Below, in pieces: positions 14,205 to 27,541 of a stretch of 64,000 nucleotides of DNA (position 1 is its first letter; each line of letters begins with the position of its first letter). The notes under the pieces were generated by a model, which searched no databases, was not told where the DNA came from, and saw only the letters and a list, made by a program, of their open reading frames with translations. Position numbers and translations under genes: made by a program. Origin of the DNA: Octopus sinensis (Eukaryota); NCBI RefSeq assembly GCF_006345805.1, contig NC_043004.1, positions 47,616,001 through 47,680,000 of the forward strand, read 5' to 3'.

Positions 14205-14493
14205 TTCTATATTTAAGAGATGAGGAATAATATACATTATTTACATTTGACGGATATTTGTCCTCATCTTGTTTGTTGTTAACACTATGTTTCGGTTTAT
14301 GTGCCTTCTAGCCTTCATCAAGTGTCTTGGGTAAATTTCGAACCTGAGAATGAACCTTAGGACTGAGAACCCAGGTTCGAAATTTCCCCAAGACACCTGA
14401 TGAAAACTGGAGGGTACAACAGCCGAAACGTTTTGTTGACAACAAACAAGATGAGGACAAATATCCGTCAAATGTAAATAATGTAAATAATAT
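14205..14493. mobile_element. Palindromic Penelope-like pseudo-LTR insertion with 13-bp TSD
   Basis: Arms 14233-14346 and 14372-14485 are inverted copies. The direct repeat aaattgcacacag lies at 14192-14204 and 14494-14506. Each arm has a hammerhead-like motif. Confidence 0.8.
14392..14437 (+). ncRNA. Minimal type-I hammerhead ribozyme motif (degenerate); inverted copy at 14281-14326 (-)
   Basis: gacac-CTGATGA-a-aactg..cagcc-GAAA-cg-TT-ttgtt. The other arm reads gacac-TTGATGA-a-ggct..aacc-GAAA-ca-TA-gtgtt. The consensus of the two restores stems I and II. Confidence 0.7.
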
Positions 14494-14547
14494 AAATTGC
14501 ACACAGGTCTTAGACAATAGTAATAGCAAACCAGATAAAGGTAGAAG

Positions 14548-14880
14548 GAAAAGAAGAAGAAGAAGAAGAAGAAGAAGAAGAAGAAGAAGAAGAAGAAGAG
14601 AAGAAGAAGAAGAAGAAGACGAAGAAGAAGAAGAAGAAGAAGAAGGAAGAAGAAGAAGAAGAGAAGAAGAGAAGAAGAAGAGAAGAAGAAGAAGAAGAAG
14701 AAGAGAAGAAGAAGAAGAGAAGAAGAAGAGAAGAAGAAGAGAAGAAGAAGAAGAGAAGAAGAAGAGAAGAAGAAGAGAAGAAGAAGAAGAAGAAGAGAAG
14801 AAGAAGAAGAAGAAGAAGAAGAAGAGAAGAAGAAGAGAAGAAGAAGAAGAAAGCAAGCAAGCAATCAAGAAAGAAAGAAA
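14548..14880. repeat. (GAA)n/(GA)-interrupted purine microsatellite
   Basis: Direct read; explains the poly-S/L/F ORFs. Confidence 0.97.
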
Positions 14881-16049
14881 GAGGAAAGAAAAAATGTAAA
14901 TAGAAGAAGGAGGAAAGAACACGAATAGGAGCAAGAAGGGAAGGTCGAGGAGGAGATCTGCTTTTCTTCGTTTTCATTCTCATTTATATTCTCGTTTAAT
15001 CATTGGTTTGTAATAACCTATCATATCCTATATACCGTTTCCCTTTCCTTTTGTTTTCGCCCTTCTTTTCTCATTCAACTTCGTTTTCTTTTTCTGCTCT
15101 TAATCCTTTCTTTATTTGACTTCATATTCTTATTGCCTAAGACCTGCCCTCTATTTTACAATGAATATTCTTATTTATATTTATTGTTTCCTCTTCATAA
15201 ACAAAGTACAACACTTGAAGCTGTACAATGTTCCAAACCAAAGATATTACATAACTTTCCACATAGAAGTGTTACGTGCAATGGCATTAAAATCAGAGTG
15301 GTAACGAAACAATTATAACTGATCATTAAACATGTGCTAAAGTCCTTTTTGTCGTATGTGGATTATATTATACTTTCGATAGCTCCATTCATTGGATTTA
15401 TTGATGTGGTACCTGAAGTTTTTAGACCAGCAGAATTTCAATCAGCCTTGAGCTTGGGTCGAGTATTGCATTTAAAAGCATCCAATGTATACATACAGAC
15501 TTACCTATACACATATAGAAGCTTTGTTAAAATGATCGCTTTTCATCGATGTTTTCTGGATGATTTCGATGCTCAAAACTCTGATGAATTTCTTTTCTAC
15601 CCTACCTTTTGTTTGACCCATAATATTTGAGAGAAATTCATAAACGGAAACTTGAGGAAACTTAGCACATACACACACACACACACACACACACTCATTT
15701 CGTGAACAATATTGTTAGTGTGCGTCTGAGCCCAAATGAGATTCTAACCGGTTCGTTAATGGCTCTCGGCTCAAGGATATTCACAATAATATTTATCTAC
15801 CAGTCAGCTTGTGATTGGTTAATCAGAAAGCTGAAATCATTTACGGTAGCATTGCGCTCATTTGAATATAAATCAATATAGTTAAAATATGTTGTAGATT
15901 ATCGCCATCATGAATATTACTACATCTAATATTATTTTACGGAAATACTGCAAGTATATTTTATTCAGGTTAATGAATAAGCAACATTTCACATTTTTTA
16001 CCAATATCATGTTTGCAGGCAACTAAAGATAGTTTGTGTATATTTTGTG

Positions 16050-16435
16050 TTTGTTAGCTCATGTGGTATTGTATTGCAATTATGTAAGACGTAGTTGTAG
16101 TTATGTGATCAAAAGTGTGTTTCCCAACCACATATTTTCAGGTTTTCACAGGCGGAAACTGAAAGAAGCTAGACATATATAGATATATATATATATACAT
16201 ACCTGCGTGAGTGTGTATGTATGTGTGCATGTATGTGTGTGTGCGCGCGCGTGACTGCGTGTGTCTGACAGTCGTTTCAGTATCTTAGTGGTTTGACAAA
16301 AGATTCCGATAGAATAAGCAACATGATTTTTAAAAAAAACACTAGGATCGATTCATTCGTTCAAAATTCTCCAAAGCGGTGCCGCAGCACGACCGCAGTT
16401 TAATTACAGAGACAAGTCAACAGATAAAAGATAAA
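16050..16435 (+). mobile_element. Degraded copy of SINE family C
   Basis: ccaaccacat, ggaaactgaaagaagc, cgatagaataag and gcggtgccgcagcacgaccgcagt match the 51719 and 58343 copies. Confidence 0.65.
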
Positions 16436-16702
16436 AATATATTTAAATTATAATTTTGTTATATCTATGAAACAAAGTTTGCACTCCAAGTAAATTTTGT
16501 CATCAATAACTATTCCATGCGTTGTTAAACATTACAAAATCTAGATTTAGATAGACTTTTATTCTTAGAATGCGTCTCATGACGTCACATTCATGTAGTC
16601 TCAGCATGCATTTGATTTCTAACACGTTCTCTTAATCACACAGTAATTTTAATCTTACTGGCGTTACTTATAAGAAAACATAGGTTCTACATAGAAATCC
16701 AG

Positions 16703-16820
16703 TGGAGGCACATGGCCTAGTGGTTAGAGCAGCGGACTCGCAGTCGAGGGATCGCCGGTTCGAATCTCAGACCTGGCGATGTGTGTGTTTATGAGCGAAA
16801 CACCTAAGATCCACGCGGTT
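16703..16820 (+). mobile_element. tRNA-derived SINE head (family A), 3'-truncated
   Basis: A box tggcctagtggtt, B box ggttcgaatc, and a TCG anticodon-like loop (tRNA-Arg-like). Homologous to 27215, 28331 and 55511. Confidence 0.85.
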
Positions 16821-18053
16821 TTGGTCTGCTTTGTTATCTTCTCTGCCTCGTACAGAATTGCGCAGCAGTCTTTGAACTCTGATTTTTAGAGAAACGAAAC
16901 GAAGAATAATTAAGCGTTTAGATTTGACACGCGATATTTTGTTCCTTCCATCAACCTATGTCGTTTTTTTTTTTCTGTAATTTACATAGGATCAGATTAA
17001 AAATATACGACAACCGTACATCTCTTTGTTCGTATCAACTGCTTTATTGCAGACAATATTTCCTATATTTTACTATCATTTATTGAATCAACTAAAGATT
17101 GTGGCGCACGTATTTCTTTTGCTTTCGTTGATTAATTTTTCTATTGACTTTTGTATTGTAAACATATATTTAAATCCTAATGTTGTATTGTCTGTACTAC
17201 ATATTTGAACTGGCAATAAATTATACAGACAAAAGTGATGTCTCGTAATGAACGTTCTATACACATTGCAAAGGTTGTTCTGCATTCATTCGCTTTGAAT
17301 CCAGATGTTAGAAGAACGAAAGCAAGTGATGAATATATACTTGCTTCACGATATTTCGATTCAGCTAATAATCTAAGCTGTGTTTTCCTAATTTATAGGG
17401 GATCAGATTAAGAATCTTCTATATTCATTTTTTCCAATCAGTATCAGTCGTTCTAATAGACAATAATATATTAGCTTCAGGAATTACTAGCTATATGGAT
17501 CGATTACCTTATGTAACAAGTAATTTAATTAATCTAGTGGGTAATTTATATATCTCCTGTCCATTGTACCGAACAGCGTAACTTATCTATTTTCATATCT
17601 ATTCGTGGTTCACGTTTGTTTTACATCTGAGCATGAATAACACAAACACTAATAATATTCCATAGTCTATTGTCGTCCATTCTATTAAAATTGTTCTTTT
17701 ACCTTGTCAATAATACATTAGCTGATTATCATTAAGTTGTTTCTAGAGTTTGCATTTATAAAATATTATTATCATTCACATTAAATTTGATATGTATGTC
17801 GACATAATTAATGTATTGTCTTATCTATGCGACACCGAAAATAAATCTCATCATTAATGTATTCGTAGCTGTGATAATAATTACAAGACCAAAATTAAGA
17901 TAAATTTTCGCAGTGAATCAATGCCTACTAATCGAATGAATTGACTTCCACTCCTCCTAGCATTTGAATATTCATTGCCTCACACTATCAAGCTGAAAAT
18001 ATTATATACTCTGTAAGAATGTATGCACGCGCACATACACATATGTATGTATA

Positions 18054-18130
<77 letters not shown>

Positions 18131-18179
18131 TATATACATACATACATACATAATACATGCTTACATACATATATGCAAG

Positions 18180-19790
18180 CATCCTTGCGTGACATCCTTT
18201 CCAAATGGAATTGTTCCTGATGGCGATAATAAAACTATACCTGTTGTGCATCCAAAATTGCATCTCTGAGTAGTTCGATGAACTGTGCCTCTGTACCATG
18301 TATTTCAGAAATTCCAGCACTGTGTACACCCCGATGCTATCAAAGGTCTTTTTCTAGTCAACAAAAGTGATGCACATAATCATCTTGTGCTTATTTGCTC
18401 GTTCTATAAACTATATTAGAATGAATGTAAGAGCCATCGTACTGACAGAAACTTTCTTGTTCCCTTGTCTGCTAGTTATGGAGGTATTTCGATAGTCGTG
18501 AGAATATGACCTTTGTAAACAGCCTATTGAAGTGAGACAAGAGGCAGATGCGGTGATAGTTTTTCAATTCTTCCGTTTTACCCTACATATGAAGGAAGAC
18601 ATCATCCGACTTTTTCACACTGAGTGTATTTTACCCTCCCTCAGATGACGATTGAATTGTAGAACGAGGATTCTCCACAGATCTTCGCTTCCACACCTTA
18701 ACATTTCTGTTGTTATATCATCTTTTACTGGACCTTCGCTTTCATCAATCTGAGATTATTTTCAATTTCACTGACCAAAATATGCAGCACTTCTATCAAC
18801 GTTTCTGATGTTGGCGGATTGAGCTTCACTGATGATTTAAAAAGGTTGGTTTCGCACACCTCTTCCTTCTCCCCTTAGTCTAGCACCGTTTGACCTTCAC
18901 TGTCCTTAAGTGTCGTCATCTCTGACCTTTGCAGAGAACGGAATACTAGAGGTGGTCTTTCATATTCATCTTCATCGGTTTTCGTTTCTCGAGAATTTTC
19001 TTCGTCTCTTCCAAAATTCTTTGGTCAGGATCCCAATGACTTGAATTTCCCGCTTTCCACGTGCAACGTTTAATTTTCTGAGCCAATTAATTGTAGTCCT
19101 CATCGCTCTCTTTAATTAGTTCTTTAGTTGATCCCAAACATCCCTTTTGATAGAACTGTGCAACTGTCGCGTATTGAATATTTTGCACGTTTTTTTCTTC
19201 CTTGAGGTGTGAAAGGCCTTTACTCTCTGAGTTCGTCGATCACGAACATCATCTGTAACATGCGAGTATCGATGCCTGCCTTGAATGGCGCTTTTAACAA
19301 GAAGTTCTGCAGGATGCGTCGTTTGTCAACCAGGACTACTTAGACTCGTTTGGAGCTATCTATGTGCATCTCCTTCCGCATTGCTTCATAAATAGGCTAT
19401 GTCAAGACAACCAAACGCCTTCCTTTTTCATGTCTCTCTCCTGTTCCAAATTTTCCGCCATATTTCTTTCTCTACCGCCTTATCTATCTTTTGCGTTGAA
19501 ATATCCCATCACTACAGTGTAAGTACATTTATCGGCTAGCACTATCTTTAGCTCTTAGCAAAATTTTTCCACTTCTAACATTTATAGGAGAATATGTCTG
19601 CAGGATGTTCAGGGAAGAATACGATTTACCGAGCTCGTTTTTTTGCTTAAGACCTGTTGCCCTCGCAGATACTGCTCTTCCCAGTCTCACAACAATTCCA
19701 ATAGTCCATCTGGCATTCATTTGTTTCCTTCCGCGTGTTTCACAGATCCCTAAAATGTGACATTTGCGCCTTTCTCCCTTCCATTAGATG
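18180..19790 (-). mobile_element. Heavily degraded RTE LINE (endonuclease to RT N-half)
   Basis: Minus-strand KCHILGICETRGRK (APE motif) at ~19715-19765 and CITFVD*KKTFDSI (RT domain 3) at ~18330-18375. Many stops in between. Confidence 0.75.
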
Positions 19791-19999
19791 AACACGTACT
19801 GTTCCCGTGACTGAAGGGGGATAGGTATGACGAAATGTGGAAGCGCATCGTTATCAACGAATTTTCTTGAAATATTCTATTGATGCGCTGCTACATAAAC
19901 ATTTTGTAAGGTTTGATGAGGAACTGGTGCGCTGTATGATATTAAATATTATATATTTTTGCGAGAATATCAACAGGATTTCAGAATATATAGAAATAT

Positions 20000-20652
20000 C
20001 AGAGGAGGTGACATGAGAACTTCTAAATTTCTATCTTCATTGGACTGGCCCTGGATATTTGCAAGAATTTGCGTTCACCCTATATCAATCAATTCCTTAA
20101 TTGGTAATGGATGACAGGCGATTGACTACAAATTGAATAGCCAACGCTATTAGCTTAGCCCGTGAGAGAGTTGAGAATATTCTAGAAAATACCCTCTGGA
20201 CTAGCTTCAAAGAGGGCCAAGGTCATTTCATCTGCAAGGAAGGAGAAAACCTCAGTTTTGGGGAATCAAAAGATATTATACTTATTGAATATGTTCAAAA
20301 ACGGCCGCATTTTTCAATGGACTGTGCTATGCCAACTTCCTGTGGCAGTTACAAAGGATATCAAGAAAACTGAGGGAAGGGGGCTGTTTCATCGGGTTAA
20401 TGTTCCAGCGCACAAGACTTTCCTTTCAATAGCTGCTATGCATGACCGTGAATTAATTTGTTTCAATTTGCTTATCATGTTTTCGTACATGAAATAGACA
20501 CATGGGAACACATGGAAAGATAGAAACCAAACACTGCAGCACAATGAAGTGCATGGACCGCAAAGGGCATTATGTTGAAAAATGGACTCATTTGGTCACA
20601 TTCCATTAGAGTATCTTCGTCAGAAAATGAACCATTGAGGCGACCCACGCAT
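20000..20652 (+). mobile_element. Internally deleted mariner remnant
   Basis: VMDDRRLTTN*IANAISLARERVENIL (HTH), NG.CYANFL.QL and LFHRVNVPAHKT (degenerate FHQDNAPAH). Decayed right TIR near 20630-20652. Confidence 0.75.
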
Positions 20653-20761
20653 ATGTACTTAATGTATGCATGAACGTGTGTGTATATTTATATGAAAACA
20701 CCCACACATGCACAGTCAGACAGACACACACACACATATAGATACATACATACGTATATAT

Positions 20762-20990
20762 TTCTTTACTACCCACAATTGGCTAAACATAGAAGGGACA
20801 AACAAGGACAGACGAAGGGATTAATTCGATTACATCGACCCCAGTGCGTAACTGGTACTTAGTTTATCGACCCCGAAAGGATGAAAGGCAAAATTGACCT
20901 CGACGGAATTTGAGCCCAAAACCTGACGGTAGACGAAATACCTCTACGCATTTCGCCCTGCGTACTAACGATTCTGCCAGCTCGCCGCCT
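20762..20990 (-). mobile_element. tRNA-derived SINE family B with conserved central domain (Meta-like)
   Basis: Minus head aggcggcgagctggcagaatcgttag, then gaggtcaattttgcctttcatcctttcggggtcgataaactaagtaccag. Homologues at 43025, 53070 and 44575. Confidence 0.85.
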
Positions 20991-21800
20991 TTACATACGC
21001 ATACGTATATCTGCATACATACAGATTAATATATGTGAATACATTTACCTCTGCCTCTGAAGAAGAAGGGCATTTGTGTGTGTAAGCATATATTCTAATT
21101 GCATTAAGGAATTTCATTTCACTATCTGTCAAAACATTAATATTAAATAAATTTTTGGTAGGACATTGAAATACGACATGACTATCAAAAATATAAATTG
21201 AATACATAAATATACACACATAAACACACATATATAGATGTATATAGATTGATAGATAGATAGATTATACGTACACACGCACACAACATCACACATACAA
21301 ACATACACAAACACAAACAAACACACACACACACACGCACGCACAAGAAGAAATACATGCTACATTTATATAAAAGAACAAATTATAAAAACATTTTCAC
21401 ACTCTCCAGATTTATTTAGCATTGAAACAAATATTCAAATAGTGAGATTTTTCGAAATACATGTTTGTCAGCCGCTTTTCCTTCATTCTAGCATTGATAC
21501 AGAGCAGAAATTGTATTTCTTTTCTTTTCTAGTACTCAGTTTATATATGACAAACACGTGTGTGCCTATATATCTCATTCTGTATATATATATTTATATA
21601 TATATGTGTGTGCATGTATATATATATATAATATATATATATATATACACGCATTTATATGTGTGTGTGCGTATATATATGTGTATGTATGTATATATAC
21701 GATGTGTGTGTGAAAAGTCTTCAGCGTCAAAAAAATATGGTACAAGACTTCAAGGCTCAAAATGTATATATATGTATATATATGTATATATATATATGTA

Positions 21801-21886
<86 letters not shown>

Positions 21887-21991
21887 GGGGTTTGTGTGTA
21901 TATACGTATACATTATTCTTTGAAATATATTAAGATTAGATAACTTGATTACTCTCATTTATTGAATAAGCATCATCGTATATATATATAT

Positions 21992-22066
<75 letters not shown>

Positions 22067-22370
22067 TATATAGATATATAAATTGTTAAACGTTTTATAT
22101 TAATTAGCAATAATTATACATACACGCACATGACTATATACAAGAAAGTATTTTAAAAACATTTTCAAAATCTCCAGATTTATTTAGCTGCGAAAAATAT
22201 ATTCAGATAGTCAAAATTTCTAAAATTTATGTTTGCCAGCCTTTCCTTCATTTATTGGCAAATAGCATTGAGTGGGCTTCATAACAGAGCAGAAATTGTA
22301 TTTGTTTCTTTTTCTAGTACTCAGTTAACATATGACAAATACGTGTGGTGTGTATATATCTCTCGTTCTT

Positions 22371-22429
<59 letters not shown>

Positions 22430-22502
22430 ATGTGTGTATGTGTGTGTGTATGCGTTTGTGTGTGTGTGCGTATATATATATATGTGTATGTTTGTATATA
22501 TA

Positions 22503-22601
22503 CGAGCGGTGTATGAAAGTCTTGAGCGTCAAAAAAAGAACATGGTACAAGACTACAAGGCTCAAAGTTTTCAAGGGTCAAAACCTTTCATACACCGCTC
22601 G
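22503..22601. mobile_element. 99-bp mariner-type MITE
   Basis: TIRs cgagcggtgtatgaaag / ctttcatacaccgctcg with TA flanks. Related copies at ~21700, 23688-23812 and 25013-25137. Confidence 0.85.
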
Positions 22602-22722
22602 TATATATATATATATATACATTATTCCTTCACATGTATTCAGATTAGATAAATTGATTACTTTCATTTACTGAAGAAGTATCATCGTATGTATATCTAT
22701 ATATCTATATATACATACACAC

Positions 22723-22754
<32 letters not shown>

Positions 22755-22799
22755 GCATATGTATATACAGACATATATATATATATATACATACATACA

Positions 22800-23124
22800 A
22801 ATTTAGCAATTAAGGACAACTACTTAATAAGGAAAACTTAACAAGAAATTGTCAGGTAGATAGCGTAAAAACCTCATAAGAGAAAAAATTTCGAAAATAA
22901 TTATTTCTTATTGAACATATTAATTTATATATAGAGGGCATTAGTCATACATGCCACAAGGCATTATACATACATGCCAAACGCTAAGAGGGACAATTAG
23001 TCATTTCTACCAAAAATATCACTAGTAATATTTTTGGTAGAAATGACTAATTGTCCCTCTTAGCGTTTGGCATGTATGTATAATGCCTTCTGGCATGTAT
23101 GTATAATGCCCTCTATATATAAAT
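22800..23124. repeat. Near-perfect ~200-bp palindrome (22923-23124) with one-sided extension
   Basis: Arms centred on actagt at 23021-23026. Flanked by (TA)n. Confidence 0.95.
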
Positions 23125-23206
<82 letters not shown>

Positions 23207-23531
23207 AAACAAGTCAAAAGTAGAAAATGCTAAAATAATTTTATAGTGAACATATATATATATATATATATATATAGTTAAATGTCTTATATTAATTACC
23301 AAGAATTATACACACACAGAAACACACACATGAATCAATAAACGTTACATCTATATACAAGATAACATTTTAAAAACATATTCAAAATCTCCAGATTTAT
23401 TTACCTCTGAAACATATATTCAAATGTTCAAATTTTAAAAATTCATGTTTGTAAGATTTTCCTTCATTTATTGGCAAATAGCATTGCGTGCGCTGTTGAT
23501 ATATGACAAATACGTGTGTCTATATATCTCT

Positions 23532-23634
<103 letters not shown>

Positions 23635-23822
23635 ATGTATATGTATATATGTTTGTATATATGTATGTATGTATGTATGTATATATACGAATGGGTTTAG
23701 GAAAAGTTGTCACCCTCAAATTAACAAAACATAGTTTCAAGACTTCTGATTAAGTTACAACACTTCAAGTGTCAAAGGCCGTGAAGGATCCAAACTTTTC
23801 ATACACCCCTCGTACAAATATG

Positions 23823-23853
<31 letters not shown>

Positions 23854-24318
23854 AAATTAATAATTATTTACACTTATATTTGTAAGGAAATTTTTCACTC
23901 ACCTATAACAAACCACAGTTCTCTTTCTGACGTACCATGTTGTGACGCACATGGTAATCTTGGAGGGAAAATATGATTCATTCGTCTATATGGATTTGGA
24001 TGTGCTGAGTTGATGGTGCTGTATCGGGAGCAAAGAGTAGGTTAATAGCATTTATAAATTTATAAATTACCGAATTATTGTACTGAGGACGGGAGTGAAT
24101 TTGTATATTTCTAACCAAGAAACGCGTCCACAATTAATCGAAGACTGTTTGATTTCGTTATCTTTCTTCTTTTGCTTATGTGAGTTATAAATAATGTTAT
24201 CTGTGGAGTAATATCTGTAGCCAAAGGAATAATTGGTCTTTGGCTGCTATTTCTAAGTTTTCGGTTTGTGGTTAAGCAACTTGTTGCTTAACCCAAATTT
24301 TATATATATATATATATA

Positions 24319-24360
<42 letters not shown>

Positions 24361-24361
<1 letters not shown>

Positions 24362-24867
24362 TAACAATAGAAAAGGAATCCATCAGGAAGCGTGGGCAGT
24401 ATATTTAAAAAAACCGTTACGGTTGAAGTATAAACAAATAATTAAGGGTTAAAGAGGGTTATTCTAAAGCCAATACACTTTATTGTTAGTAGTAAACTCG
24501 CTTCTTGCTACGGGAGGACCGGTAACCATTACAATTTTGTAGCGGCGAAAGGTCAAGACGTTGTTTCTGAAGCTGACCAAAGAATTTTTATTTTTAGATA
24601 TAAGTGATGTACTCAAGTGTAGTTATGTTTTTAGCTTGTGCTTTTTCCATGATCATACGTGAGTATTTTATTTATATCCCATCGAAGGCTCTACTGAAGA
24701 AAGAATATATCTTTTATAAGATTATTCCGAAATTGATTCAATATAAAGATAACGAAATTTAAATTTTCTAAAGGTTAGTTGCCCGTTTTCAGTTTCAATT
24801 CTCCTGTAGCAAGCGGATTATAAGTGTATTGGCTTTAGAATAACCCTCTTTAGCCCTTAATTATTTG
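24361..24867 (+). mobile_element. Penelope-like pseudo-LTR element with partial inverted arm and hammerhead motif (second copy ~25686-26192)
   Basis: Inverted repeat 24435-24480 / 24822-24867, extending with an indel. Embedded in (TA)n. Internal hammerhead motif. Confidence 0.7.
24689..24748 (+). ncRNA. Type-I hammerhead ribozyme motif (duplicate at 26013-26073)
   Basis: ctcta-CTGAAGA-a-agaata(t)atctt-ttat-aagattattcc-GAAA-ttga-t-tcaa-TA-taaag. Intact core, long stem II, near-palindromic stem III, AUA triplet, stem I with one mismatch. Confidence 0.75.
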
Positions 24868-24873
24868 ATATAT

Positions 24874-24905
<32 letters not shown>

Positions 24906-25148
24906 ATATATATATATATATATGTATTTATGTATGTATGTATGTATGCATGTATGTATGTATGTATATGTATGTATGTATGTATATGTATGTATGTATG
25001 TATGTATATATACGAATGGGTTTAGGAAAAGTTGTCACCCTCAAATTAACAAAACATAGTTTCAAGACTTCTGATTAAGTTACAACACTTCAAGTGTCAA
25101 AGGCCGTGAAGGATCCAAACTTTTCATACACCCCTCGTACAAATATGC

Positions 25149-25179
<31 letters not shown>

Positions 25180-25645
25180 AAAATTAATAATTATTTACAC
25201 TTATATTTGTAAGGAAATTTTTCACTCACCTATAACAAACCACAGTTCTCTTTCTGACGTACCATGTTGTGACGCACATGGTAATCTTGGAGGGAAAATA
25301 TGATTCATTCGTCTATATGGATTTGGATGTGCTGAGTTGATGGTGCTGTATCGGGAGCAAAGAGTAGGTTAATAGCATTTATAAATTTATAAATTACCGA
25401 ATTATTGTACTGAGGACGGGAGTGAATTTGTATATTTCTAACCAAGAAACGCGTCCACAATTAATCGAAGACTGTTTGATTTCGTTATCTTTCTTCTTTT
25501 GCTTATGTGAGTTATAAATAATGTTATCTGTGGAGTAATATCTGTAGCCAAAGGAATAATTGGTCTTTGGCTGCTATTTCTAAGTTTTCGGTTTGTGGTT
25601 AAGCAACTTGTTGCTTAACCCAAATTTTATATATATATATATATA

Positions 25646-25686
<41 letters not shown>

Positions 25687-26190
25687 TAACAATAGAAAAG
25701 GAATCCATCAGGAAGCGTGGGCAGTATATTTAAAAAAACCGTTACGGTTGAAGTATAAACAAATAATTAAGGGTTAAGAGGGTTATTCTAAAGCCAATAC
25801 ACTTTATTGTTAGTAGTAAACTCGCTTCTTGCTACGGGAGGACCGGTAACCATTACAATTTTGTAGCGGCGAAAGGTCAAGACGTTGTTTCTGAAGCTGA
25901 CCAAAGAATTTTTATTTTTAGATATAAGTGATGTACTCAAGTGTAGTTATGTTTTTAGCTTGTGCTTTTTCCATGATCATACGTGAGTATTTTATTTATA
26001 TCCCATCGAAGGCTCTACTGAAGAAAGAATATATCTTTTATAAGATTAATTCCGAAATTGATTCAATATAAAGATAACGAAATTTAAATTTTCTAAAGGT
26101 TAGTTGCCCGTTTTCAGTTTCAATTCTCCTGTAGCAAGCGGATTATAAGTGTATTGGCTTTAGAATAACCCTCTTTAGCCCTTAATTATT

Positions 26191-26261
<71 letters not shown>

Positions 26262-27214
26262 ATATATATATGTATTTATGTATGTATGTATGTATGTATT
26301 ATGTATGTATGTATGTATGTATCAAGGTATTATTCAACAATTATTCACACATATATACGTATTAAAATCGCCAGTCTGATATAACTTCATTAAATATTTG
26401 TCAAATTAATTTCGTGTGATTTCCTTTGATAAGACAGCTGGATGACAGTATGTATTTTCTTAATGCATTACTTTATTAACAGCTTTTATATAATAATACA
26501 ATGATGTTCTTCATTACAGATAACACCCTAATTATCCCCATCCCACCCTATCATATTTAATCACTATTAATCTCATTATCATCTTCTCAAGTATCTTACG
26601 TATTGTGACCCCCTCTGAAATACATATTCTTTCTCAAATTTTTGCGCCTTTAACCTCCGAACTGTCACTCAATTTGCATGGTACTCATTTTGCAGTGTTA
26701 CATTTTAGTACTATTTAGGTTTAAGTCCATTTCGTTTTAAGTGCTCCGACACAATTTTACATCGTTTGTGCATGGGATTTATATTTTTATTTTATTTTAC
26801 TTTCATTTCATAATTATATAGGTGAGACTCTAAACTAACATTTAAATTTACATTATTTGTTAATATTTCATTAAATATTTTGAAATTGAATACTGGAATT
26901 TCGAATAGGAGCAAAATCGATTTCTTCGGAAAATTAATCTGCTGAATCGAATTCAAAAATGGGACGGAAATGAGGTAACAGAATGCATGAAACAGTTTAA
27001 TATAAACTAAGGTACCATCAGAAATATGGAAAACAAGAGGACAAAAGTTCAAGCGAGTATAATCGCTTGATCTTAAGACTTCGGGTTATTGCAACAATCT
27101 GAATTATTTTCGACAGAAGATGAAAACTATTCATATATATATACACGCATGCACACACGCACACATACTCACACACGCACACACGCACACACACACACAT
27201 ATATATATATATAT

Positions 27215-27501
27215 TGGAGACGCAATGGCCCAGTGGTTAGGGCAGCGGACTCGCGGTTGTAGGATCGCGGTTTCGATTCCCAGACCGGGCGTTGTGATCG
27301 AAAACACCTTAAAGCTCCACGAGGCTCTGGCAGGGTGTGGTGGGGATCCCTAGTGTATTCTTTCGCCACCACTTTCTCTCGCTCTTTCTTCTGTTGGCCT
27401 GCTCGCTTAAGCCAGCGGGGTGGCGTCATTGAAAGCTAAAACAATGTGACCAGCGACGTGTAGCAACATCTAATGGCCTGGTCGGTCACATGATGGTCAC
27501 A

Positions 27502-27505
<4 letters not shown>
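27215..27505 (+). mobile_element. tRNA-derived SINE family A (tail type 1)
   Basis: tggagacgcaatggcccagtggttagggcagcggactcgcggtt..ggtttcgattcccagacc head. Ends in ggtcacatgat repeats. Confidence 0.9.

Positions 27506-27541
<36 letters not shown>

Larger units (their letters stand above)
23640..26320. repeat. Near-identical tandem duplication, unit ~1.32 kb
   Basis: 23688-24868 matches 25013-26192 apart from single-base indels and (TA)n length. Junctions lie in (TATG)n/(TA)n. Confidence 0.97.

Noticed and set aside
16703-16775. tRNA-Arg-like sequence (also 27215, 28331)
   Set aside because: Acceptor and T stems are imperfect and it continues into a shared repeat body, so it is a SINE head rather than a tRNA gene.
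22936-23111. Short repeated ggcat..atgcc units as a CRISPR-like array
   Set aside because: No unique spacers or cas genes, eukaryotic context, and part of a palindrome.
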